The notes under the pieces were generated by a model. The model saw only the letters and a program-made list of their open reading frames with translations. It was not told where the DNA came from and did no database searches. Shown piece by piece: positions 38,901 to 46,073 of a stretch of 64,000 nucleotides of DNA. The stretch covers positions 74,828 to 138,827 of the forward strand of contig CAVQBD010000002.1 in assembly GCA_963710645.1 (NCBI GenBank), written 5' to 3'. The DNA comes from an uncultured Holophagae bacterium (GTDB lineage: Bacteria; Acidobacteriota; Thermoanaerobaculia; Thermoanaerobaculales; Sulfomarinibacteraceae). Both the position numbers and the translations under genes were made by a program. How positions within the stretch are numbered: the first letter of the stretch is position 1; the number at the start of each line of letters is the position of its first letter.

Positions 38901-39059
38901 GAGGCTGATGAAAACGGCGGCCAGCGTGACGTGGAGGGGGTATTGGCCCCGGGACGCACCACCGCGCTCGAGCGACTCGGATGATCTGTTGGACATGAGT
39001 CCATTAAAGCAGACCCCAGCTCCGCGCGAGGGTGAGTTCTCGGTGTCTGGTGGATACAC
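35964..39059 (-). CDS. Membrane sensor: Cache-like periplasmic domain + HAMP + GAF + HD-GYP (c-di-GMP phosphodiesterase-type output)
   Basis: TM-flanked extracytoplasmic domain, GAF region, then the HD (ASWLHDCGKV) and GYP (HHEKLDGTGYP) motifs. Alternative start MSNRSS at 38996. Confidence 0.8.
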   Translation of the reverse strand: MYPPDTENSPSRGAGVCFNGLMSNRSSESLERGGASRGQYPLHVTLAAVFISLFVIFGLALIAFNYVESRRAEFLGAHDLMERIGRQMQTSIAEIYQPAQGLVDITSKSAIWAGSSLDQRLPALAPVAEALHLNPDLSAIYVGYDDGDFFLIRSLQRLDAAGVALNAPPTSRYAIQSIDHAPNAPAEEALLFFDEELDLVERRPVSATDFDPRSREWYSEAMATQNQITTDFYTFFTTGEVGLTFARQLAAGGGVVGVDLALRDLSAAVARERVTASTIIAIFDGQGRVVALSDHDRDVPLVGSRSSGEVEMPRLADLDHPAYRALAESLDGGGGFDHSGLEVEGARWLTSITNLPTQSGEQVYLATLIPHNELLSNVNRLRNRSLALSAALMLAAVGLVLWVSRGISGSLRELAREAEQIRRFKLETPMAARSRIAEVDGLAKTMGVMKSSLQRFFDISRALSAEKDRRRLLEMILRETVKVSHADGGAILMETEDETELEVAILENDRTGVHYGGTSGVEPPFAPVKVYSEPDAWGRLPIDGETARRGTTISIDNVGADEEFDLAVAHERFDRDGYETRSLLSVPLTDQKGESVGLLQLVNSRSAEGSITGFDPEVVPYIEALSSDAAVALDLRRLLKAQKDLLESFIHVVAGAIDAKSHYTHGHCQRVPEIARMLAEVAHKATDGPLADFHLTDDEWFELHIASWLHDCGKVTTPEYVVDKATRLETIYNRIHEIRTRFEVLWRDAWIEYYSALASTPEDQERLWNRLETRLNQIRSDFEFVAECNSGETVMDEGTIARLRDIGGQRWKRHLDDRIGLSHDELERKRRQPPPRLPVLEPLLADRPEHIIERVGSPFADNRHDFKMPVPEHLYNLGELHNLSVPRGTLTQEERFKINEHIIQTIHMLGKLPFPKELRRVPEWAGNHHEKLDGTGYPRRLAAGDLSMPERIMAIADVFEALTAADRPYKPPKTLSQSLRIMGFFRDGGHICPELFDLFLTSGAYLDYARQHLRPEQIDDVDISQFVRGQS

Positions 39060-39158
39060 TCCGTGAAGGCCGGAGTTGGTCCGGGTTCCAAGTTCCGCGT
39101 TCCGGGTTGATACTCAGGGCGGGTGGGGGTTCGAATTTCTAATTTCGAATTCTCCGGG

Positions 39159-39554
39159 CTACTGCCTCATCAACACCATTGCTGACCGTATGTGCTCCAT
39201 GTGGCCCTTGACCCAGGACTCTATCCGAGCGAGGTCGTCGGCGCCGACGCCCATCTCGCGAGCGACCTCGGACACCAGAGAGCGCTCCGTGCCGCTGAAG
39301 GAGGTGTCGGAGTAACCCAGCCCGACGAGTTCGAGAAGAACGACGATCTTCGATCTCCGGTCGGAAAAGGCGGCTGCGAGATCGGAGACCGTTGTCCCGC
39401 CGTCGGACGGATTGGCCGAAAGCCCCATCTCGCCCCGGAGGGCGCCGAGGGTGGCGGCCTCGCGGCCGACCACGATGCCATCAGACTCAATCATCATTCC
39501 GGCCAAAGCGGAAAAGGCGAGTTTTTCATCCTCGTTGAGGAGATTCAGGAACAT
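39159..39554 (-). CDS. TerB-like small helical protein
   Basis: 131 aa with two repeats of the L..E..AF..L...M...DG.....E pattern seen in the TerB/DjlA N-domain fold. Weak assignment. Confidence 0.45.
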   Translation of the reverse strand: MFLNLLNEDEKLAFSALAGMMIESDGIVVGREAATLGALRGEMGLSANPSDGGTTVSDLAAAFSDRRSKIVVLLELVGLGYSDTSFSGTERSLVSEVAREMGVGADDLARIESWVKGHMEHIRSAMVLMRQ

Positions 39555-39727
39555 AAGGGTCCTCCTGTGTGTTGCTTCGCAAGGATTCGTGCAGGTACAA
39601 CATCAGGATACACTGGCTCGCCTTGGCCGTGGTCATGTGCAGAATGCTTGAAACGGTTGGAAGTGTGGCTGGGAGGAGATACAATCTCAACCCAGGTCAA
39701 TCCCGACTCCGGGTGAAAGGGGACACG

Positions 39728-40180
39728 ATGAGCGACGAGATGCGTCGCTGTGAATTCGACAGGGACGAGATGGTGGTGCGTTTTCAGGCCACCATCCCGG
39801 GTTCGGTCGACGCCATCCCGCCCGTGGTCGAGCAGGTCATGGGCGTAGTACAGGAAATGGGTTGTGCCGACGGTTCCGAGTTCGAGATCGAGGTGGCGGT
39901 CAACGAGGCGCTCGCCAACGCCGTCGAACACGGCTGCGGGCACGATCCCTCGAAAGAGGTCACCGTGACCGTCGAGTGCGATCCGAGACACGGGATGCTG
40001 ATCATCGTCCGTGATCCGGGGACCGGATTCGCACCGGCGGAGATTCCCAGCCCCATCGTCGGGGAGCGAATTTATGCGGACCATGGGCGCGGCATCTTCC
40101 TGATCAACGAGCTCATGGACGAGGTCCGGTACGAAAAGAACGGCACCGAGATCTGGATGATCAAGAAGCCCGGGGAATGA
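39728..40180 (+). CDS. RsbW/SpoIIAB-like anti-sigma-type serine kinase (HATPase_c_2), orphan
   Basis: N-box (EVAVNEALANAVEHG) and G-boxes (VRDPGTGF ... HGRGIFLINELMDEV). Start trimmed to ATG 39728. Confidence 0.7.
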   Translation: MSDEMRRCEFDRDEMVVRFQATIPGSVDAIPPVVEQVMGVVQEMGCADGSEFEIEVAVNEALANAVEHGCGHDPSKEVTVTVECDPRHGMLIIVRDPGTGFAPAEIPSPIVGERIYADHGRGIFLINELMDEVRYEKNGTEIWMIKKPGE

Positions 40181-40299
40181 TCAACTGTCGAGTGACCGCG
40201 AGATTCACTCCGCGGACTTTGTGAATCGCGAAGAGACGGAAAGCTCAGGTTCACACCGACTGTCGAGATTTCAGCCTGGGTACGGCCGACGGCTGGCAG

Positions 40300-41655
40300 T
40301 CATTCGAGGTAGCCCAGCGCTCGGAGCTGCTCTAACGTCTCGTCATCCATCTGCTGAGTCTTCAGTCGGTCCATGCTGCCGAGACTCTCGCTGATTTCTC
40401 CCACACACTGGACGAGTTCGGCGGAGGGCGGGGATTTCGGATCCACCAGTGATTTGAGTTCGCCAGGATCCGTTTCGAGATTGAAGAGCTGGCGAGAGTT
40501 GTCCTTGAGGACGATGATCTCCTTCATATTGCCGTCGATACGACCGACGGCAAGTAACCCCTTCGATCGGGCACGTTCCGATTCGTGTGTGTTGTGGACC
40601 GCGCCCTTGTGGGCCTGATAGCAGTAGGCTCCATCCACAGTCAGGGTCTGTCGGCGAAGCGCCTCGGACCAATCCACTCCGCCAATGGAAGCTGGGGTGT
40701 CGATGGACAACAGCCCGAGCACCGTTGGGCCGAGGTCCACGATGCGCGCCTGAGCGTCCATAACCCCCTGCTCGATGTTTCCCGGCCAGGTGATTCCCAT
40801 TGGAATTCTCAGGTTCGGTTCAAAGAGGTTGCGACCGTGGCCCCACACACCATGCTCGCCCAGGCTTTCGCCATGGTCAGAGGCGAAGAAGGTGATCATC
40901 CTGTCGCCGTCGATGTGTTTTGAGAGCCACGTCTGCAACCGGCCGATTTCTGCGTCGACGGCGGCGATCTCGGTGTCGTATTTGTCGCTCCGTGATGGAT
41001 TGCTCCCTGAGATGCCAAGGTTGGCTGCAAAGTCCTCATGGAAGAGGTACGGGGAATGCGGCTCGATGTAGTGAATCCAGATAAGAAACGGGGTCTTCGG
41101 ATCGGTGTCGAGCTGTGAATCGACCCAAGCGATGGCCGCGTCGGTCACGTCTCTCCCGTGGGCCTCGCTGTTGATGAGCCCGAAGTACCTCCGTTTGGTG
41201 AAGATCTCGAGGTAGTCGTCGAAGTGTTCCCCCATGTTTGACACGTTGTCTTTGAGCGTCCAGTTACTGACCACCGCAGCGGTCCGCCAACCGTCGCGGG
41301 CGAGCACCTTCGGCAGCGAGTCAAGCCCCTCCCGCATCCGCACGCCGTTGCGTGAGGCGCCGTGCTCGTGCGGCAGCATTCCGGTGATCATGGATGCCAG
41401 GGCGGGGTTGGTGAGTGGTTCCACGGTCCATGCCCGGGTGAAACGGGTGCCCCTGGAGAGCAGTTTGTCGATATTTGGCGAGGTGGGCCGGTCGTAGCCG
41501 TAGCTGGAGAGCCGATCGGCACGCAGTGTGTCGACTGTGATCAGGACGACGGACGGCCGGGGTTCGCCCGCGTATCCGGAGACGGCCATCAATGAGGTGG
41601 CAACCACCAAGAGCGCGTGACCAAGAACTGCCCGTGTGTCCGACCCTGCCTTCAT
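40300..41655 (-). CDS. Sulfatase-fold (alkaline-phosphatase superfamily) exported enzyme with Thr at the nucleophile position
   Basis: Signal peptide and metal site VVLITVDTLRADRL. The usual C/S-x-P-x-R is replaced by T-N-P-A-L (EPLTNPALASMITG). C-terminal sulfatase-type motifs (FASDHGESLGEHG). Confidence 0.75.
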   Translation of the reverse strand: MKAGSDTRAVLGHALLVVATSLMAVSGYAGEPRPSVVLITVDTLRADRLSSYGYDRPTSPNIDKLLSRGTRFTRAWTVEPLTNPALASMITGMLPHEHGASRNGVRMREGLDSLPKVLARDGWRTAAVVSNWTLKDNVSNMGEHFDDYLEIFTKRRYFGLINSEAHGRDVTDAAIAWVDSQLDTDPKTPFLIWIHYIEPHSPYLFHEDFAANLGISGSNPSRSDKYDTEIAAVDAEIGRLQTWLSKHIDGDRMITFFASDHGESLGEHGVWGHGRNLFEPNLRIPMGITWPGNIEQGVMDAQARIVDLGPTVLGLLSIDTPASIGGVDWSEALRRQTLTVDGAYCYQAHKGAVHNTHESERARSKGLLAVGRIDGNMKEIIVLKDNSRQLFNLETDPGELKSLVDPKSPPSAELVQCVGEISESLGSMDRLKTQQMDDETLEQLRALGYLE

Positions 41656-41707
41656 GTGCCTCGCTTCCTTCGTTCGCGGCTAGTGATGATAACGGCCCCG
41701 GGTGAAT

Positions 41708-41796
41708 ATGTGAAATGTGAAATAAAATTCTGGCAACCCCCCACGCCCGAGCGAATGGCTGGAGTTCATTGGCGATTTCAATTTCACATTTCACAT
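41708..41796. repeat. Heptamer-built 16-bp perfect inverted repeat with a C-box-containing loop, in a divergent promoter region
   Basis: ATGTGAAATGTGAAAT (41708-41723) faces ATTTCACATTTCACAT (41781-41796). The 57-nt loop contains CAACCCCCCACGCCCGAGCG. It ends 5 nt before the ATG at 41802. Confidence 0.85.
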
Positions 41797-41801
41797 TTGT
41801 C

Positions 41802-43319
41802 ATGTGCGGGGCCTCGCTTCGGTACACTGATTCCAGCGTGAGCACCTTTGATCGCAACTGGCGCGAACTCCAACTGGAGACGCTCGTGGACATGTCCCTC
41901 ACCATCGGGGGCGTGCGTCCGGAGGAGGAACTGGTCGAAGAGCTGCTGCAGCGAGCGGTGGGTACTCTGGATGCGGGATCGGGATTGGTCGCGACCCATC
42001 ATCCGGGAGGCCATGAGGCTATCGTGCGGGCGATCCGACTGCCCGAGAGCCTCGAAGCCATCCGCGATTTCTTTGATGCTGATTTGCTGGAGGAACTTGC
42101 GGCCGGGCGTGTCGTGCGCGCCATCCGGGAGGGTCCGGAACCTCCGTACGAGCTCCTCGCAGCGCCCTTGAGAGCCGGCCAGGACACGCTGGGCATGCTG
42201 GTGATCGGAGACAAGGAAACCCGGGTCGGCCGAATTCCGTTTTCTGAGAGCGACGCCCGGTTCCTGTTGTCATTGGCCACAATGGTGGGGCCCGCGGTGG
42301 CGACGTGGCGCCGGATGACCGCCATCGAGAGAGACCGACAACGACTCCGGGAGGAGAATCTGGCCCTTCGAGACGTTGCCCGGCGTGAAGGGTTCATCGG
42401 CGAATCGTCACAAATTCGGGAGGTCCTCGACCTGGTGCGCAGGGTGGCACCCACCGGGGCGAACGTGATGCTCCGGGGTGAATCGGGAGTCGGCAAGGAG
42501 CGGGTGGCCCGGTTGCTGCACAATTCCTCGGGTCGAACCGGTGGCCCCTTCATCCCGCTCAATTGCGCGGCCCTGCCGGAGGGCCTGTTGGAGGCCGAGC
42601 TTTTTGGTATCGAGGAAGGCGTGGCAACGGGAGTGCAGCGTCGAATGGGCAAGATCGAGCTTGCCAACGGCGGGACGTTGTTCCTCGACGAGGTGGGCGA
42701 CCTGACTCTGGCCCTGCAGGCCAAATTGCTTCGGGTCGTTCAGGAACGGGAATTCGAGCGGCTCGGCGGACGCGAACGGGTGCCGGTGGATATCCAGCTG
42801 GTGACCGCGACCAACCAGGATCTCGAGGCAATGGTGGAAAGCGGAACATTCCGGCGTGACCTCTACTACCGTCTCCGTGTGGTCGTGGTCACGGTGCCTC
42901 CGCTCAGAGAGCGCAGGGGAGACATTCCGCTGCTTGCACGTCATTTCCTCGAGATGTACGGCGAGCGCTTCGGTAGACCGGGGGTGCGGCTGTCCCGAGA
43001 CGCACTAGCGGCGCTGATGAACCATCCGTTTCCGGGCAACGTACGCGAGCTCGAGAACGCCATCCAGGCCGCGCTGGCGCTGGCGCCTGGAGAGGTCATC
43101 ACCGAGCAGGACCTTCGGCTCGACACCGCGGATCCAGATCCGGTCTGGTCGCCGGTGGACCTGTCCCTGCGAGAGCTGGAAAGCCAGCATATCCGTCGTG
43201 TGCTGCGGGCGGTGGGCGGGAATCGGCAGGAGGCTGCCCGAATTCTTGGGATCGATCGCAGCACCCTCTATCGAAAGATGCGGCATAATGCGACAAATGA
43301 TGCAAATAGCGACAACTGA
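41802..43319 (+). CDS. GAF-domain sigma54-dependent transcriptional activator (GAF + AAA+ + HTH)
   Basis: GAF region, Walker A GESGVGKE, ESELFG-like EAELFG, R-finger region and C-terminal HTH (AARILGIDRSTLYRKM). The start is uncertain (ATG 41802, or downstream GTG/ATG). Confidence 0.85.
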   Translation: MCGASLRYTDSSVSTFDRNWRELQLETLVDMSLTIGGVRPEEELVEELLQRAVGTLDAGSGLVATHHPGGHEAIVRAIRLPESLEAIRDFFDADLLEELAAGRVVRAIREGPEPPYELLAAPLRAGQDTLGMLVIGDKETRVGRIPFSESDARFLLSLATMVGPAVATWRRMTAIERDRQRLREENLALRDVARREGFIGESSQIREVLDLVRRVAPTGANVMLRGESGVGKERVARLLHNSSGRTGGPFIPLNCAALPEGLLEAELFGIEEGVATGVQRRMGKIELANGGTLFLDEVGDLTLALQAKLLRVVQEREFERLGGRERVPVDIQLVTATNQDLEAMVESGTFRRDLYYRLRVVVVTVPPLRERRGDIPLLARHFLEMYGERFGRPGVRLSRDALAALMNHPFPGNVRELENAIQAALALAPGEVITEQDLRLDTADPDPVWSPVDLSLRELESQHIRRVLRAVGGNRQEAARILGIDRSTLYRKMRHNATNDANSDN

Positions 43320-43435
43320 TATTTAATTCCAAATACAATAGACTTAGATCTACGAGAACCGTTGAGTATTGGTCATTAGATTTGTGGTACGTTGCATTTT
43401 GCAACTTGAGGTCAACGCCGAACGGAGGTTAATTC

Positions 43436-43450
43436 TGGCACGATCTTTGC
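43436..43450 (+). promoter_or_regulatory. Sigma54 (-24/-12) promoter
   Basis: TGGCACGATCTTTGC matches the consensus TGGCACG-N4-TTGC exactly. It lies in an AT-rich stretch, 188 nt upstream of the rsbW-like ATG and 117 nt downstream of the activator gene. The 15-bp palindrome GTTGCATTTTGCAAC (43391-43405) just upstream is a candidate activator site. Confidence 0.65.
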
Positions 43451-43474
43451 CTTACAGACGGGTGGAGGTTGTTG

Positions 43475-43630
43475 ATGAGGTCCTTGGCGCTACTCCGCCT
43501 GTCCGCGGCGGCCTGTGGTTTCGCAGCATTGGCTGCGGCCGCGGCCCAAATGACCAGCCTTTCGTTACAAATCCCCGATCATCAATTGAGGCTTGCCTGG
43601 ACGCTTGCTCGAGTTCTGATACAGTTGTAG
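43475..43630 (+). CDS. Candidate small ORF (51 aa) with a signal-peptide-like N-terminus in the sigma54 leader
   Basis: GGAGG 7 nt upstream of the ATG. Product MRSLALLRLSAAACGFAALAAAAAQMTSLSLQIPDHQLRLAWTLARVLIQL. Not in the supplied track because it is under 60 aa. Third-position GC is lower than in neighbouring genes, so coding status is uncertain. Confidence 0.3.
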   Translation: MRSLALLRLSAAACGFAALAAAAAQMTSLSLQIPDHQLRLAWTLARVLIQL

Positions 43631-43637
43631 GCTCACC

Positions 43638-44054
43638 ATGGAGGTCGTTCTGTACCTGCCGGTGGTGCCTAATGTGGAGCTGGTGGCCGCCAAGGCAGTT
43701 GAGGCCTTGGGTGCTTCTCTGGGAATGCCCCAGACCCGCGTGGAGGCCGCGAGCGTAGCCATCGTCGAGGCGTGCCTGAACGCCATGGAACACGGCGGCG
43801 GCAGGATGTCGGTGCGTGTCGCCGGTGAGGGTGCCAGCGGGCGCGAACGACTGGTGGTGGTGGTCGAGGATCACGGGCGCGGCTTCGATCCCTTGACGGC
43901 GCCCAGAAATACGGCATCGCAGGTCTTGGGTTGTGCCTCCAAGAGGGGCTGGGGTCTGACGTTGATCCACGAGCTCATGGACGAGGTGGAGATTCATTCC
44001 GAACCGGGGCAGACGATCGTGCGAATGTGCAAGTACGTGGAGAACCACTCATGA
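43638..44054 (+). CDS. RsbW/SpoIIAB-like serine kinase
   Basis: N-box (VAIVEACLNAMEHG) and G-boxes (VEDHGRGFD ... GWGLTLIHELMDEV). Its stop overlaps the next start (ATGA). Confidence 0.75.
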   Translation: MEVVLYLPVVPNVELVAAKAVEALGASLGMPQTRVEAASVAIVEACLNAMEHGGGRMSVRVAGEGASGRERLVVVVEDHGRGFDPLTAPRNTASQVLGCASKRGWGLTLIHELMDEVEIHSEPGQTIVRMCKYVENHS

Positions 44055-44419
44055 ATGAGGATCAGATCAGGCTCGAAAAGAACGTCCTCACCGAGGACCT
44101 CGGGTTGATAGCCGCGGCGGGATACATCAACAATGAGGGCGGGCAGGCCATCGCCGACGCTGCAACAGATCTGATGGAGAAGGGGTGCGGCACCCTTCTG
44201 ATTGATCTTGACGGAACACGGATCATCAATTCGATCGGCGTGTCCATTCTGTTGGAGATCATGGAGAAGCTGATTGAACAGCAGGGCCATTTGGCCTTTT
44301 GCAGTTTGACTCCAACCATCTCCAAGACTTTCGAGATCATGGGTCTTGTTCAGTACGCCACAATCTACCCGGATCAGGAGACCGCGAGGGCAGAGCTCGA
44401 GGGCCATGCCACGAGGTGA
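44051..44419 (+). CDS. STAS-domain anti-anti-sigma-type protein (RsbV/SpoIIAA-like)
   Basis: 122 aa with the STAS pattern (LLIDLDGTRIINSIGVSILLEI ... LAFCSLTPTISKTFEIMGL), including the phosphorylatable-Ser context INSIG. Confidence 0.8.
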   Translation: MNEDQIRLEKNVLTEDLGLIAAAGYINNEGGQAIADAATDLMEKGCGTLLIDLDGTRIINSIGVSILLEIMEKLIEQQGHLAFCSLTPTISKTFEIMGLVQYATIYPDQETARAELEGHATR

Positions 44420-45911
44420 TCTGCTCCAACTCGCGGAGCTCGCCCTGGCCGGTCATGTCAGTCCACAGCTCGTCGAGGATCTTCTGAGGGCGGTGGTTGA
44501 AGACTCCGGCTCGAGAGCCGGGGTGTTCCGCCGGGCGGATGAAGTTGAGGCGCGGTGGCCGAGGACAGTGTCGGCCCAGGTGGAAGAGGCCACCGACGGG
44601 TGGACCGAGGTGCCCTTCGGATCTGACCACGGCGCGTGGTGTCTTCGGCTATTGCAGCCGGAGCGACTCGACGAAGGGGTGCTCGGCGCCGCCCGAATTG
44701 TGCTGCGCTCCATGGCCCTCAGGGACGAACTCAAGCGGACACGCTTTGATGAGCGGTTCCACCTCTGGGAGCTGGAGACCATTCGCTCCATCGCCTCGGA
44801 CATCGGCGGCATCCTCGAGGTTTCCGGGATTTCCCAGGAGCTCATCAACCACCTGGTGGCCCTGCTGGGCGTTCGCTCGGCCCAAATCTACCTCGGTGTT
44901 GACGCCGATCAGGCGGAGATCACCGGGGGGTTCGGGCCCGAGGTGCTGGATTCGGGTCAGCAGGCACACGCCTGGCGGCAGGGTCTCTACTCCGACGACG
45001 TGGTAGCTCTGCCTCTTCAGTCGGAGAAGGGAACTCTCGGAATCCTGGTGGCGGCGCACAAGGAGGCTCGGGCTGGGACCGAGGCCTTCGCCGGCAACGA
45101 TGTCCGGCTCTTGGAGCTCTTCGCCATCCAGGTCACCATGGCCCTGGATTTCGCTCGGCTGACGCAGGAGTCCCTCGAGAGGGAGCGCCTGAGGCGCGAA
45201 CTCGAGGTGGCGGCCGAGATCCAGTCCCACCTCTACCCGCAGGAATTTCCTCAGTTCGAGGGTTTCAGGCTGGCGGCCAGGTCTCTGCCGAGCCGGCACG
45301 TGGCTGGAGACACCTACGATGTTCTGTTGGACAGGGGCCATCTCATTGCCACGGTCACCGATGTGTCGGGTAAGGGCGTCGGGGCGGGCATGATCGCTGC
45401 CGGAATCCACTCCGCTGTGCGGCTGCTGTCGGAAACCGAGGGGTCGCTCGACGGACTGGCAATGCGGATCAATACCTACCTGGCAGGAGCCACTGAGGAC
45501 AACCGGTTTGCCACCTTTGCCATGGTCCGCTTGGCTCCCGACGGTCGTCTGACGGCGGTGAACGCCGGCCACTGCCCGGTGTTGATCAGGAGACGGGACG
45601 GCACCATTGAACAGATCCAGTCCAGCGGCCTGCCGCTGGGAATTTTGGAAGCCGCCCGGTACACCCAGTCGGTCAGCCAGCTCGATCCCGGCGATCTGCT
45701 GCTGCTTTATACCGATGGTCTCACCGAGGCGGAGAACCCTGCGGAAGAGGAGTTCGGAGTCCCTCGAGTGGAGCAGGCGGTGGCGGTCTTGGACGATCCC
45801 ACTGCCGAGTCTTCCTGCGGCGATCTCATGCGCGCGGTGAATGAGTTTGCCTGCGGCAAGCCGCTGGTTGATGACGCGACGCTGCTCGTTGTTGAACGTC
45901 TTTCCGAGTAG
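44406..45911 (+). CDS. GAF + PP2C (SpoIIE/RsbU-like) serine phosphatase
   Basis: GAF region followed by PP2C motifs (VAGDTYDV ... VTDVSGKGVGAG ... LLLYTDGLTEA ... DDATLLVVER). Overlaps the end of the STAS gene by 14 nt. Confidence 0.8.
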   Translation: MPRGDLLQLAELALAGHVSPQLVEDLLRAVVEDSGSRAGVFRRADEVEARWPRTVSAQVEEATDGWTEVPFGSDHGAWCLRLLQPERLDEGVLGAARIVLRSMALRDELKRTRFDERFHLWELETIRSIASDIGGILEVSGISQELINHLVALLGVRSAQIYLGVDADQAEITGGFGPEVLDSGQQAHAWRQGLYSDDVVALPLQSEKGTLGILVAAHKEARAGTEAFAGNDVRLLELFAIQVTMALDFARLTQESLERERLRRELEVAAEIQSHLYPQEFPQFEGFRLAARSLPSRHVAGDTYDVLLDRGHLIATVTDVSGKGVGAGMIAAGIHSAVRLLSETEGSLDGLAMRINTYLAGATEDNRFATFAMVRLAPDGRLTAVNAGHCPVLIRRRDGTIEQIQSSGLPLGILEAARYTQSVSQLDPGDLLLLYTDGLTEAENPAEEEFGVPRVEQAVAVLDDPTAESSCGDLMRAVNEFACGKPLVDDATLLVVERLSE

Positions 45912-45917
45912 TAACAA

Positions 45918-46047
45918 GCGAATAGTAAATAGTAAATAGTGAATAGTAAATAGTGAATAGTGAATAGTGAATAGTGAATAGTCCCCCTCCCGCCCACCAC
46001 GATCGTGGGGAGCACTTACTATTCGCTATTCACTATTCGCTATTCAC
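45918..46047. repeat. Heptamer microsatellite hairpin between convergent genes
   Basis: (RAATAGT)x9 at 45918-45982 faces (ACTATTC)x4 at 46016-46047, with about 28 of 30 positions paired. The loop carries CCCCCTCCCGCCCACC and the 12-bp palindrome CCACGATCGTGG. Confidence 0.9.
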
Positions 46048-46073
46048 TTTGCGGGCTACAGCCCGAACAGACC

